This document shows, in pieces, positions 34,989 through 48,008 of a stretch of DNA of 48,008 nt. This DNA is from Octopus bimaculoides. Lineage: Eukaryota. The stretch is from assembly GCF_001194135.2 (NCBI RefSeq), contig NC_068989.1:79925611-79973618 (forward strand). Reading direction: 5' to 3'. Each line of letters begins with the position of its first letter. The first letter of the stretch is position 1. The notes under the pieces are model-generated. The model was not told the DNA's origin. It saw nothing but the letters and a program-made list of their open reading frames with translations, and searched no databases. The position numbers and the translations under genes were made by a program.

Positions 34989-35879
34989 TATTATGATTAC
35001 TATTTTTATTAATATTATTATTAAAATAAAAATAACCTTCTCTGTTTCACTTTATCATTCAATCCATCTATTTGAATAACAGATTCGACATTCATTTTAA
35101 GTAGGTAGTTTAATTACATTTCTTCTTTCCATAATTTCCTTTTATTCGCCAACATATCAATATTAATAGTTTTCTGATATTCTTGAACCATATATTCACT
35201 GATAATTTCCCGCGCAGACTTTTATACTCTTCCCTTCACTCGCTATTTTGTTGACTAGTTTTTCTTATTTCATTTGTTCATATCCAGCCTCTTCCTCTCC
35301 GTTTCATTTTACGCTCAAATATCGACACTTTTTGCTTTCACTTCCTCTGTGCCTTTCATTCGTATCTATATCGTGATTGGGTAAAGCTGTCTTCTGATAG
35401 AAAGTTAATTGTTGTATTTCCTTCAATCGATATACATCATGAAAGGTGTATATACACACGCACGTACAAACATTTACATATATAGGCAGAAACACATACA
35501 TACAAATCTCTCTCTCTTTCTCTCTCTCTGTATATATATANNNNNNNNNNNNNNNNNNNNNNNNNNNNNNNNNNNNNNNNNNNNNNNNNNNNNNNNNNNN
35601 NNNNNNNNNNNNNNNNNNNNNNNNNNNNNNNNNNNNNNNNNNNNNNNNNNNNNNNNNNNNNNNNNNNNNNNNNNNNNNNNNNNNNNNNNNNNNNNNNNNN
35701 NNNNNNNNNNNNNNNNNNNNNNNNNNNNNNNNNNNNNNNNNNNNNNNNNNNNNNNNNNNNNNNNNNNNNNNNNNNNNNNNNNNNNNNNNNNNNNNNNNNN
35801 NNNNNNNNNNNNNNNNNNNNNNNNNNNNNNNNNNNNNNTATATATATATACATATATATATATATACATATGTATATAA

Positions 35880-35927
<48 letters not shown>

Positions 35928-36932
35928 ATGTATGTATGTATACATATATAGATACATATATACACACATTCACACACACACATGCGTGCACACACACATA
36001 TAGTAGAAATTACGTGCATAAAAAATATAAGACCGTTACTGTTATGAGTAGAGTACCCGCATAGATTACCATGATCCAGTCAGCTTCCTTTATAGTTGTG
36101 AAGTAACTGGTATACTTAGTAGTGAACTAGAGACCAAATAGGTTAGAGTAATAAGGATAAAAACAAGTTTATATTATAGTCCCTACGCGCATTTCACCGT
36201 TATGAACAAAGTTATATGTAATAAAGTATCCATTAAATAATGATCATCTTGAAAAAATTAATGCAGAGTTTTAGTCAACGAAAATGGTGTAAAACTTCGT
36301 AATAACTGTAATATAAACTTCTGTTTATTTTGACTTCCCCTTCTATATACATATATAACAATTTACGTATGTTTCCATTTATGTACAAGCATATGCAAGC
36401 ATGTACGTTAATGTGTGTTCATTAATATGTATGTATATACATTTATTTCGGAGACGTACTTGTGACGAATGATTTGATCCGTTTCCGTGTGCTGAACCTC
36501 AATGATAATAATAAAAAAGTGGATGATGCTTATTTGACTCCGAAAACACATACGAAAACTGTTTGATTCATTTAAACATAAGTTATATGGAGTCAAATTT
36601 GTTTTGTTCCGTAAAATTCCACTTGGTCACTAACAGAGTTCCACAGTATATTTTCAGCTTTTATATTATATTCTTATAATTTTTGAAACTGGACGGTAGC
36701 CATGCTCGGGGTTCCACCTTAAATGGCACTTATTATTTTAGGTTTGTTACTTATTTTATCTCTTTTTTCCCCCAAAACGGTAAGTTACAGAAAAGTAAAC
36801 AAAATCGCCACCAATTGTCGAATGCTGATGGAGGACAAACACCACACATTTCGCACACACGCAAACACGCACGCACAGACCCTCACGTGTGTTTGCTTTT
36901 ATATTCTATATACACATATCACACATAAGATA

Positions 36933-37081
36933 TGCTTCTTTCAGTTCCCGTGCATCACTTCCCGTCTTTGGGCGGCCCGGGCTATAATAGAGAACAATTG
37001 CGCAATGTGGAGCAGAGCGAGACTGGATCCAAGATGACATGGTTGAGAAGCAAGCTTATTAACCACACACAAACGCGTGCC
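36933..37081 (-). mobile_element. SINE family A, diverged
   Basis: gcttctttcagttccc...ctttgggcggcccgggctataatag...catggttgagaagcaagctt..aaccacac. Confidence 0.7.
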
Positions 37082-37137
37082 TCCATAATCACTCCTGGAG
37101 ACAGGCAGACACACAAACACATACACATACACACACA

Positions 37138-37179
<42 letters not shown>

Positions 37180-38074
37180 NNNNNNNNNNNNNNNNNNNNN
37201 NNNNNNNNNNNNNNNNNNNNNNNNNNNNNNNNNNNNNNNNNNNNNNNNNNNNNNNNNNNNNNNNNNNNNNNNNNNNNNNNNNNNNNNNNNNNNNNNNNNN
37301 NNNNNNNNNNNNNNNNNNNNNNNNNNNNNNNNNNNNNNNNNNNNNNNNNNNNNNNNNNNNNNNNNNNNNNNNNNNNNNNNNNNNNNNNNNNNNNNNNNNN
37401 NNNNNNNNNNNNNNNNNNNNNNNNNNNNNNNNNNNNNNNNNNNNNNNNNNNNNNNNNNNNNNNNNNNNNNNNNATATATATATATATATACAATAAAATG
37501 TATGTATGTTTGTATGTATATATACATTGCTAAGTTGATAAAAGTAATGGAGTCACTGCTTATTCTTTCGGAATGTGCGAGAATGAATTTTTACGCTACG
37601 TCCGATGTACAGGCCATAAAAAATTTAATTAAAATAAGTCGTAGTTGTTGTAGGAACAGTATCATTAGTATTGTAGGACGAATGCATATTTTCATTGATA
37701 GATCTTAATGAACATTTTTATCATAATTACTATTTTTTTAATTTTTGTTACGTACGATAACTGCATTTCTATTTTGTTAATAGAGGACAAATATGCATAC
37801 GAAAGTGCTGCAAAGATTTATTTTATATTCATAATCGATATGCATCCACACAAGAAATGTAAGTAAACGTGCACAAGCATTCGTCTATAGAGACACACAC
37901 ACACAGATATACTGATACCGACACGCTCGCAATGTGATAATGTACATGTATGTGTGTATACACGTGTGTGCGTGTGTATTTTGTGTGTGTACATGCGTGT
38001 AAAAGTGTCTAAAAATTCTTAGTTCTTTTCAATTACTGCAGAATTGAAGACTTCAGTCGAAGAGACTACACAAT

Positions 38075-38257
38075 GCCTTTTTTGTGCAGTAACACAATCG
38101 ATTAAATCGATTACAAAAGTTAACTGCTAATTACTTCATCGATCTGAACAGATTAAAAATCTAAATGGACCTAGAACAGGTTTAAATTTAGAACGTAAAA
38201 GGACACAATTATCACAATGTATTTTGCACGATACTCTGCTGATTCTGTCAATCCATC
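38075..38257 (-). mobile_element. Old SINE family D copy
   Basis: tcgattaaatcgat...ttcatcgatc...tttaaatttagaacgtaaa...ctgattctgtcaatccatc. Confidence 0.5.
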
Positions 38258-38584
38258 ATTAGTTTTGGTTTACTTTGATGAGGAACGGTAGGCATGACGA
38301 CTCATTTCAGGACCCCAAAAACCTAGGAGAGAAAGAGCCAGAGTGGTTTTTCAAATTATGTAAATGTTTGTATGGACTCTATTAAAAGAAAATGAGAGCG
38401 ATGTGCTAGTATTAAATAGAACCTCGCTTTAATCCTGTTTTTGTCTTCGAAACAGGAGGTAAGGCAAAACTGGTTGTTGGGCAAGTGAAAAATATCCATC
38501 AAACGGAGACCTGACCCTAATGCTTGCATATGAGCGCATTGCACTAAAGGTATCCTAGGTTTCAGGTGATGTTCTGAAACACAG

Positions 38585-38697
38585 TGACAGACTGCGTCTA
38601 TCCTGATTAAATACGGCAGAATTTGAATTCAGAACACAAGAGGCCGAGAGAAACAACGCAATGTATCCAGTTCGATGTTCTTACAATTCCACCAGCG
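38585..38697 (-). mobile_element. Old SINE family D head fragment
   Basis: ggcagaatttgaattcagaac...caattccaccagc. Confidence 0.5.
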
Positions 38698-39914
38698 CAC
38701 TATCATTATTAGATAATTTTCTATTGCCTCAGATTATCATTTGGCTGGTGATATATGCCGACAATACCTAACACACCAACCCTTAGGTAATGCGAGGTTA
38801 TGGTAGAAGGCACAGGGACTAGATGCTGAGCAATGAGATCAAACTCGAAGTCATGCGGTCTTACAACGACCTTCCTAACTACATAGGTTTCCTTGTGACT
38901 ATAGTGATTTAATATCTAATCACATGCAGTGCTACTTTGGAGCAGCATTGTATTACACATTAATTCCAAACCACAATCCACTTTAATGCAAATAAGGGAA
39001 AGAACTGAACACGTTGAAATCACTCTCATTGGTGAATTAATTGACCTACGAAAGCGTATATAGATTGTGGTCATGTGCCAGCATCTAACAGATCAATACA
39101 ATTTATTAGCGCGTTGATTTCATACAGTTCAGCAATTAACATTCATTTACTTTGGTGTTAGAAGGTAAATAACAATGATGTGTAATTTGAATGCCAGAAT
39201 AGAATGGCTTTAACATAACTCATTTACTGTCTTCTGTCGACTTACATCATTTGTTTTTCATTTCCAGTCTTCTCCAGACCACAATCATATCATCTACTTT
39301 CCCTTTCACCATCCGCTTCTGTCCTTCATTTTGGTTCACCTAGCTTTGCTATATTCATTGAATCGTCCTATTGTTTTAAGAAATATAAATCTGACGATTG
39401 CAGTGATAACCAGCTGTGCAGTATCACGTAATTTCCTATTGCTAGATATTTTTTTTACATTTTATTTAAATATTTTCTTTATTTGCATGTCAATGGCATG
39501 AGAAACATGGATGATACTATTTCTTTCAAATACAATCTTATGAAAGTCGTAGAATTCAGATCAGAAATATGGAATGGATTGTTTACATGACATTTAAAGC
39601 ACTAACTCACATTCTATTCTGGTTGAATCTGTTCACCTAAGCATTTTATGAACTGGTTCCAGCTTCCCGTACATGAAAATGTCATTAGAGTCTACTCGCT
39701 TGTATGTTCTGATCAACGTACTTTTGTCTTTTTATTTTATTCATTTGAAGACAGATGCAAAATTATGTAAGCAGTACTGTTCCGTAGTATAAAATGCGAT
39801 GTAATATATACTTGTATGCTCATACACTCCGGGCTCAAATCTCAACAAGTTTTGATATGTTTTTTAGATATTGTCTCTTTTTTCTCATTTACCGAGATAC
39901 GATAAAATAACACA

Positions 39915-40060
39915 TGCTATCATAAGCATAAGACCAGGGAAGTATTGAGAAGGATTAATGTATTTCGTCAATCATAATCCTTGGCTTGCAATTTATTTAA
40001 CGAGCCTGAAAAGACGAAGGGCAAAGTTGAGCTTAGCAAGATTTGAACTTAGAATATAAA
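39915..40060 (-). mobile_element. Old SINE family D copy
   Basis: gaaaagacgaagggcaaagttgagcttagcaagatttgaacttagaa is the reverse complement of the D core. Confidence 0.6.
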
Positions 40061-40943
40061 TTCTAAATTTAGGTTCCGAGTTCAAATCCCGAGAATGATT
40101 CATCTCTGGAGTATCAAGAAAAAAGGTTATCTAGCTATTGGAAAAATTCATATCAATAAACAAATTCATATCTTCGTGCAAATATCAGAAATAATTACGA
40201 ACTTTAATCATATGGGAAATAATGATTTCTTTCATTGACACAGGGAAAACTGTGTTGGTAATATATGCATGCATTCAAACATACGTACACATAGACACAT
40301 TGCACATATAGACATGCATATACACACACGCATATTACTATATCGACCGGATTATCGGGAGTTGCTATACCCCGTTGGCTACAATGCGATTCCTCACATT
40401 GGTTTTGCTTTTAAATGATGCCACCTCCTTCACACACACACGAACCCACGCACACACACATCTATATAGATGCATATCTTCGAAACCGCCATTAACTTTC
40501 CACATATCTCTGTCTCCGTTCGAACACCCCAATCACACTCTCAGCATTATCACCTTCTATAAACCCACCAGCCTTCCTTTCGTTCTTATTTTGTATTTTC
40601 CTTCTGCTATTCCATCCACACTAAACACGCCCTCTCTTACTCCCAATTTAGCCTTTTCCACCGTCTCTATTGATGCGATTAAAACTGAGACCCAGTCACG
40701 ATACTACTCCGTTACTTCATTCGACGTAGGTTATCCTGAGACTAGATCAAACCGCCCTAATGCAAGCCCACCAACTACTAACTGCATTTTCGTTCCTGTC
40801 CATTTCCACTTTTCCCGTGTTCAATCCTACCACTCTACTACTATTACTTAATCCAGCCTATTTCCAAGTTTATGTATGTCCGCAACGAACGCGGCTTTCT
40901 GGACCGTAGCTCCCTCTCCATCTTCTTCTCCGTCTTTCCTGGA

Positions 40944-41169
40944 TCCAATGTGCCAGGGACCGGTAATATTTCTTAGTAATATTAATTTATACCGGAAACA
41001 ATATATATAATGAAAATGAAAGTTAATTCTTTTTATCGTATATTCATTTTGTAAACAAATAATACAATATTACATAAATATTTTATACTGTTTCTTTCTT
41101 TTCTGAGAACTCGCCGCATACTGGCAGCTGATGGTTCGCGGACCGGCACCGGTCCGCGGAATACCACTG
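40944..41169 (+). mobile_element. hAT (Charlie-like) MITE fragment, one end preserved
   Basis: Perfect subterminal palindrome cgcggaccgg-ca-ccggtccgcg (41137-41158); terminus accactg followed by cactaaat; 19 bp at 40944-40962 is the exact reverse complement of 47267-47285. Confidence 0.55.
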
Positions 41170-41264
41170 CACTAAATTCCATTGAAAACGTTTGTAAGAG
41201 CTATTGGCGCTAAGAGAAAATACTGAACTTCTCATATATATGTGTCTGTGTGTAAATATGTTTA

Positions 41265-41310
<46 letters not shown>

Positions 41311-41485
41311 NNNNNNNNNNNNNNNNNNNNNNNNNNNNNNNNNNNNNNNNNNNNNNNNNNNNNNNNNNNNNNNNNNNNNNNNNNNNNNNNNNNNNNNNNN
41401 NNNNNNNNNNNNNNNNNNNNNNNNNNNNNNNNNNNNNNNNNNNNNNNNNNNNNNNNNNNNNNNNNNNNNNNNNNNNNNNNNNNNN

Positions 41486-41522
<37 letters not shown>

Positions 41523-42075
41523 AAACAATACGAGATAAACGCCTATTATTCCCTCAGATTAGAAATTGCACTTAGAAGTGCTCAAGAAATTCAGACTTGA
41601 GACAAAAGATAAATATGTAAGTGTGGATAACACCAGATAACTCAGTCCACAAATAATAATCCAACTCACTTTCATCAATGGAATTTATATAGATTAATGG
41701 ACATATACACACTTTATGTTTTCGGGCAATTAACCCCCAGAAACGGCCGTAGGGGACTTAATATTTTACACATTCCTTTCTTCCCGGAGTATTAATTTTC
41801 ATTTCAGTAATTTCATTCTGTCAGTCGGACCAGTTGATATATATATATATATAATGTACATCTTCAATATATTTTAATATATTTATGTATTAATGTCCAC
41901 ATCTGCATGTATTTATATATTTCTGATGTATTTATGTATTCTGATATATATTATGTAATAATTATGTGCTTCTGTTGAATCTTTTAAATTAGTTTTATTG
42001 CTGAAAGCGAGTTATTCTTTCTGGACTGAAATATCTGGTGCTGTCGTCACTTATACATCTAAGTGTGTCTATATG

Positions 42076-42160
<85 letters not shown>

Positions 42161-42373
42161 NNNNNNNNNNNNNNNNNNNNNNNNNNNNNNNNNNNNNNNN
42201 NNNNNNNNNNNNNNNNNNNNNNNNNNNNNNNNNNNNNNNNNNNNNNNNNNNNNNNNNNNNNNNNNNNNNNNNNNNNNNNNNNNNNNNNNNNNNNNNNNNN
42301 NNNNNNNNNNNNNNNNNNNNNNNNNNNNNNNNNNNNNNNNNNNNNNNNNNNNNNNNNNNNNNNNNNNNNNNNN

Positions 42374-42410
<37 letters not shown>

Positions 42411-43159
42411 TGTATGTATGTATGTATGTATGTGTGTGTGTGCGTGTGTGTGTGTATGTATCATTTTTGCAAATATGTGTGTATGGAAGAGTGATTCAGC
42501 GATTCGAACTCGTTCATCGACACCCAGATGAGAAATGAAACACGAAAAAAAATGTAGACGTGTGCTCAGAAAATAGAAACTGTTCATTAAAAAAGATCAT
42601 AGGCACTGCTTGCAATCGAAACATAAAAATCTCAAAATTGGTAATGATTATTAAACGGATAAAAGAAAAACAAATATTGCTGAATAAACTTTAAAATTAC
42701 CTTATTCTTTGATTCTTTCCACTGTACACAAAAATTAAAATAAAATATGAAACAAAGAAAAGAAAGTAATTTCTTTGTGAGGACTTTTAAACACTATAAT
42801 CGAAAGGTTACGAAAATATATTTAGTGCTTCTATAAAATTCTATATCTCAATTGCTTGTAATTTTCATCCTAAATTATTGCGTTGTTTGAATATATAAAT
42901 CATTTTACTTACCTAGCATAAACTCTGAAATACATGTGTGTGTGTGTGTGCGTGTGTGTGTATATACATATATATGTGTGTATGCATATGTTCCACACTC
43001 ACCTTCTCCCTCTCTTCGTTCTCTTTCTCACTATATACATCTACACACACACACATATATGCATATATATTTGTGTGTGTGTGTGTGTGTGTGTGTGTTG
43101 GAATGTTCATGTTCCATAAAACTGCTTCTAACTGTGCGCACCTATACACATACACACAC

Positions 43160-43208
<49 letters not shown>

Positions 43209-43804
43209 ATCTCTCTATTTCTCTCTCTCTCTCTCTCTCNNNNNNNNNNNNNNNNNNNNNNNNNNNNNNNNNNNNNNNNNNNNNNNNNNNNNNNNNNNNN
43301 NNNNNNNNNNNNNNNNNNNNNNNNNNNNNNNNNNNNNNNNNNNNNNNNNNNNNNNNNNNNNNNNNNNNNNNNNNNNNNNNNNNNNNNNNNNNNNNNNNNN
43401 NNNNNNNNNNNNNNNNNNNNNNNNNNNNNNNNNNNNNNNNNNNNNNNNNNNNNNNNNNNNNNNNNNNNNNNNNNNNNNNNNNNNNNNNNNNNNNNNNNNN
43501 NNNNNNNNNNNNNNNNNNNNNNNNNNNNNNNNNNNNNNNNNNNNNNNNNNNNNNNNNNNNNNNNNNNNNNNNNNNNNNNNNNNNNNNNNNNNNNNNNNNN
43601 NNNNNNNNNNNNNNNNNNNNNNNNNNNNNNNNNNNNNNNNNNNNNNNNNNNNNNNNNNNNNNNNNNNNNNNNNNNNNNNNNNNNNNNNNNNNNNNNNNNN
43701 NNNNNNNNNNNNNNNNNNNNNNNNNNNNNNNNNNNNNNNNNNNNNNNNNNNNNNNNNNNNNNNNNNNNNNNNNNNNNNNNNNNNNNNNNNNNNNNNNNNN
43801 NNNN

Positions 43805-43852
<48 letters not shown>

Positions 43853-44625
43853 ACACACACACATGCATTCAGGTGTATTTATACATGCATAAATACATAC
43901 ATTGACATAGATATGAACGTGCATTCATTTATATATGTAGATATCAGCTACGTATGTGTGTGTGTTTGTGGACATATGCGTTCTGTATAATATTTTTTTT
44001 GCTTTGAATTTTGATCAGTCATTTTACTTATTTTCTGTTGTTATATACAGTTTTTTCCTTATATTTTCATACATATATCTCTAAATCTTTTTTAATCAGT
44101 CATCAAACAACGGATCACTTCTACACACCTGACGGTGTGTAAGAAACAAGAGTAATGCAGCACAAACGCAAATATTTTGACTGAAATGAATCTGGTGAAG
44201 CCGTCACTGATGACGCAATCTTGTCATTGGTTACTACGAATGTGTGTGGGCGCCCTTCGAAGTTAGTGATGATAAATTACCCAGGAAGCATTATTACTTC
44301 ACAAGATTCAAGTTATCTATATTTGACGTCACTCCGCGAGTCTGCTCCAAATGCTGTAGGCCAGCTACCATCTATCGATTGTGACTGGAACATTTAATTG
44401 AGAATCCGTGTTTGATTTCTGGAAACAAAGCGCTGGAACTGACAAACTGCGTTGCCTTGGGCCTTCAACACCAGGGTCTCTGTTCTGACATACGATATAG
44501 CTTTGTTAGTTTTAGGTCTGGTGGGTCCCATCAGTCTTGGAATCTGACCACCGCCGATTTCTTCCAAAACGAGAGGCCGACAGACTACAGACTCAAAGAA
44601 ATAAAAGAATGCACTAAATTACTCA

Positions 44626-44755
44626 GGTAATACGGTTATTTATCAGCTCCGATGTAATGTCAGGTAAAACTCATCGCAGAGGAATTTAAACTCTCGGTGT
44701 AGGGAGCTGGAGCGAGTATTACAAAGCAACCTAACACTCTAACAATCTGCCATCT
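44626..44755 (-). mobile_element. Old SINE family D copy
   Basis: ttatttatc...ggaatttaaactc...ctaacactctaacaatctgccatct. Confidence 0.45.
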
Positions 44756-45648
44756 GGCTGCCTGTAAACTTCTACTATATCTTCGAAGTCAGCAAATACC
44801 TTTCAATACAATCTCAGTAGATTTCCAGTTGTGTATGTCTGAATATACCTCAGACACGAACTTTTAGCTCAAAATTCTTGTTGAAACAACAGTGTGTGAC
44901 AAGGCGGCACCTATTTTGATGGTATCGTTCCAACATATTAAAACTTTATCATCAATTGAAGTCGGAATACAAGAATTAGCTTTCTTAAATTTTGGACACC
45001 CTATTAAGTCAGATTCAGTTGACCTATGATTCAAAGTACGTTCCGCCATATTATCCTATAGTTAGGATAATGTTTTCTCATATGTGGTATTCCTTTTTCT
45101 CAGATTGTAGTGTAATATGGGAGTTGAGACGCTTTTGCTGGTTTGTTTATGCGTCTTTTCTATATTAAACTGTTTTAATGTACGCACTACTTACACGATC
45201 CTATGTTTTTGAACTTTGTCAGATAACACTCTTTAATTATTAAATACTTTTTGACAAAACTGAAACTTGGAATTCTGGCTGCTAGAGATTTCTCAGGAAA
45301 AGTAGTATTTTTAAAATGAAAATATTTGAATCTAGAATTGGTATACCGGAAATTTGTTTCCTAAGGTACAGAGCTCGCTATATTGTAATGTATTTCGTTG
45401 AACAGAGGAAATTGTATTCTTTTAAAGTTTGTAAAAGAACTGAGAATTTATTTTAAAGAAAGATTTAGGAGGAGAGTGATGATGATATATATCCATTGAA
45501 AAGATTATCAATAAGATTTAGTGGACTTGCTGACGCTCATCGCCATTAGTTTCCATAAAATGAAAAATATTTTGACGTTCAACAATGCAAATTTTATTAA
45601 CCTGTAATCCGCATCATGTTCTTCTTCTCATTAATATCGTTATTATTA

Positions 45649-45842
45649 CGGTGGTGAACTGGCAGAATCGTTAGCACGTCGGGCAAAATGCTTAGCGGAA
45701 TTTCTTCCGTCTTTACATTCTGAGTTCAAATTCCGCCGAGGTCAACTTTGCCTTTCGTCCTTTCGATGTCGATAAATTAAGTACCAGGGAAATACTAGAT
45801 CAATGTAATAAACTAGTCCCTTCCCCACAAATTCCAGGCCTT
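45649..45842 (+). mobile_element. SINE family D, well preserved
   Basis: ggtggtgaactggcagaatcgttagcacgtcgggcaaaatgcttagcgg...ttctgagttcaaattccgccgaggtcaactttgcctttcgtcctttcg..gtcgataaattaagtaccag. Confidence 0.92.
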
Positions 45843-45844
45843 TT

Positions 45845-45910
45845 TTTTAGGTTTGCAACAAAGCTGATCGCGTGATGCTTTTAGGATTGCAACAAAGCTG
45901 ATTGCGTGAT
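45845..45910 (+). repeat. Tandem duplication, 34-bp period, 2 units
   Basis: ttttaggtttgcaacaaagctgatcgcgtgat (45845) and ttttaggattgcaacaaagctgattgcgtgat (45879). Confidence 0.9.
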
Positions 45911-46997
45911 ATGTTCCAGCGATGACAATTCTGATAGACTTCGCATTTCAGCGTTTCGAGATCAGTAAAAACAAAGTATGAGACAAGTGCTAGAATCGAT
46001 GTAATTGACTTACCCGCAGTCACTAAAAATTCCGTTCTCGTGCGTGCGAAAATTATTTAAAAAAATATTAGTAATATTGCTCCAACCAACACACTTTAAA
46101 TAATAGTCTGTGATGTGATACTTTTTTTATCATGATAAACAACCATGTAAATAATCCCTACATATTCATCGGTAGCGTGCATAAATTAGCGAAATAAAAC
46201 CCACAAGGGAGCCGATATACAATGCTGTTTCGGCTATTTTTTCAAACATTTATTTCACTCAATGTATAAATGCTCTTGGGAGACGTTTTTATGCGACGGA
46301 TTATTTTTCTATCTTATCAAAAGCCCAAGTCTTTACTTTTTTTTACATTTGATAAAATACCGATAAATAAATCAAAACATATTACATTCTATTGATGGAC
46401 ATTTTGTGAAGACATACAGATAAATTTAGCCATTGAAATTCTCTTTCACAATAGTGATTCTCCAATCAATTCAATGATCGATTTCCATGAAGAACATTAC
46501 GAAATTCATAGTCGACATGTATCTATGAATCCATTGGAGACTAAGGAAGTTTGAATAGATGTTTCAAAACATCATGAGGAAATATACTCGTGATCAATCG
46601 ATTGGTACTGCCTAAAAGTACGTATTACTTCGTGTTTATAGTGAAGGTAGTGTGCGTTCTTTCAGCATATGTTTATTTTCCCCATTCTAAGAAGGAATAT
46701 TGCTTTTCTTTAAACATAACACTTAAATGGTTTAAAAATGTGTTTCTATATAAATACATAGGCACAACTAATTTTTATCCTTTCATTTCGTAATTGGAAA
46801 AATGGTAGAATAATAAGAAACATTGCACAATGAAGAATATACACTTGTTATTTCTCTTTTGATTAAACATATAGCAAGAATTTATCTCGGTTAGGGGCGT
46901 TTTCTGTCTAAATTGGCATCAAAACATTGATATATCGCTGGCTATTTCTTATCTTTACAGATTGGTATGATTGAAATACAGAATATTAAGAGCCATA

Positions 46998-47166
46998 AGG
47001 CGGCGGCGTGGCAGAATCGTTAGCATGACGGGTAAAATGTTTAGTGGCACTTCGTCCGACTTTGCGTTCTGGGTTCAAAATCCACTACAGTCGACTATGC
47101 CTTTTATCCCTTCACGATCGACAAAATAAGTACCAGTCGACTACTGGAGTCAATTGAATCGACTTA
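46998..47166 (+). mobile_element. SINE family D
   Basis: ggcggcggcgtggcagaatcgttagcatg...ttctgggttcaaaatcc...aaataagtaccagtcgactactggagtcaattgaatcgactta. Confidence 0.88.
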
Positions 47167-47239
47167 GCGGAAGGTTAAATCTATATATATATATATACAT
47201 AAAAACTTTCAATAAATTACTTTTACAATTTGAAGAATT

Positions 47240-47328
47240 CAGAAAAAATGGAAGGTAAGGACAATTCGGTCCCTGGCACATTGGAAAAAACTGCTGGTAC
47301 CCCAGATCAGCTAGTTTGAGAAGCACTG
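47240..47328 (-). mobile_element. hAT (Charlie-like) MITE end fragment
   Basis: Terminus tttgagaagcactg followed by cactagat (CTAG-centred flank typical of Charlie-type targets); shares the 19-bp block with 40944-40962. Confidence 0.55.
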
Positions 47329-47970
47329 CACTAGATTACGTCTTCTCTAACAATATGCTATTGCTGCCATGTCAAAGACATGAATTTGCAAAGACTAGAT
47401 TGATAAGTTGAATTCAACCCACCATATTTCGCCTAAATATTTTATTGAGTGTAAGAGATAATCGGCAAATTCTGCTACATAGAGCATAGCAGCCATGGTT
47501 ATAAAAGTGAATGGATCTTCATTGGTTTCGACGATATGTGTTCAGACGTTCAGTGAACTAAACAAACCTGCACATCCAACTAAGGAGTATATAAAATAAA
47601 TACTCCACACCCACGTACTCTTAACCTAATACTCAGATGAAATAAACGTAACAAAATTTGTGACAAGGCTGGACGTTGGACTTATAGATACAATCCATGA
47701 AATAAGATGTTAAAAATATTCCAGTCGAGCCGAGTTCTCTCATAACAGTCGGGTGGACTCGAAGCTATTGAAAATTACACTTGCCTAAATAGGTCACATG
47801 GCTGCAAACAAACTTTTTTTAACCATTGTTATGCTACTTCTTCCAGACAGAATACAAACTTACACATACAAAATACCATATTTTTAATCCGCCAAAATGG
47901 TACCGTTTTGTCATAATTTTCATAACATTTTCGATAAGAAGATTTTTCTTCGGCTTAAGATGAGACATAA

Positions 47971-48008
<38 letters not shown>

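Noticed and set aside
42913-42925. Minus-strand 13-nt microexon with a perfect AG|GTAAGT donor
   Set aside because: Not a multiple of 3, the acceptor abuts a (CA)n tract, and no other supported minus-strand exons exist
747-43990. The many long ORFs containing X-runs or IY/CV/TH/RE/LS dipeptide repeats
   Set aside because: They are translations of N gaps and dinucleotide microsatellites, which lack stop codons in some frames
3775-47166. SINE heads as functional tRNA genes
   Set aside because: Each continues into a shared non-tRNA body and copies are variably decayed, so they are SINE heads

Overview
Eukaryotic, AT-rich, repeat-dense non-coding DNA from a gapped draft assembly (11 N-runs, most flanked by microsatellites). 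It is most likely a coleoid cephalopod, probably Octopus, judged from my recollection of octopus tRNA-derived SINE families rather than a database search. I find no confidently supported protein-coding gene, functional RNA gene or CRISPR array, and nearly all supplied ORFs are microsatellite, gap or antisense artefacts. Supported content: (i) many copies of at least four tRNA-headed SINE families (my labels A-D); (ii) a decayed CR1/L2-type LINE RT C-terminus (~9540-10345, minus); (iii) the decayed 3' end of a Hero-like non-LTR retrotransposon (~14285-14570, minus); (iv) several MITE or foldback elements, including a ~264-bp near-complete palindrome (24759-25022), a TA-flanked element with ~125-bp TIRs (27102-27764), an inverted pair of mariner-type MITEs and 33-bp inverted repeats enclosing a microsatellite; (v) hAT-like and Helitron-like fragments; (vi) many microsatellites. 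Weaker leads are a frameshifted ankyrin-like relic (~22212-22364), an orphan tRNA-like Pol III unit (5116-5189, minus), a degenerate spaced repeat (12814-12957), two motif-rich putative regulatory patches and a few splice-site-defined exon candidates. The window looks like a long intron or intergenic interval. I did not find a convincing novel biological system; the best leads concern fold-back elements and SINE modular evolution. Boundaries of old repeats are approximate.
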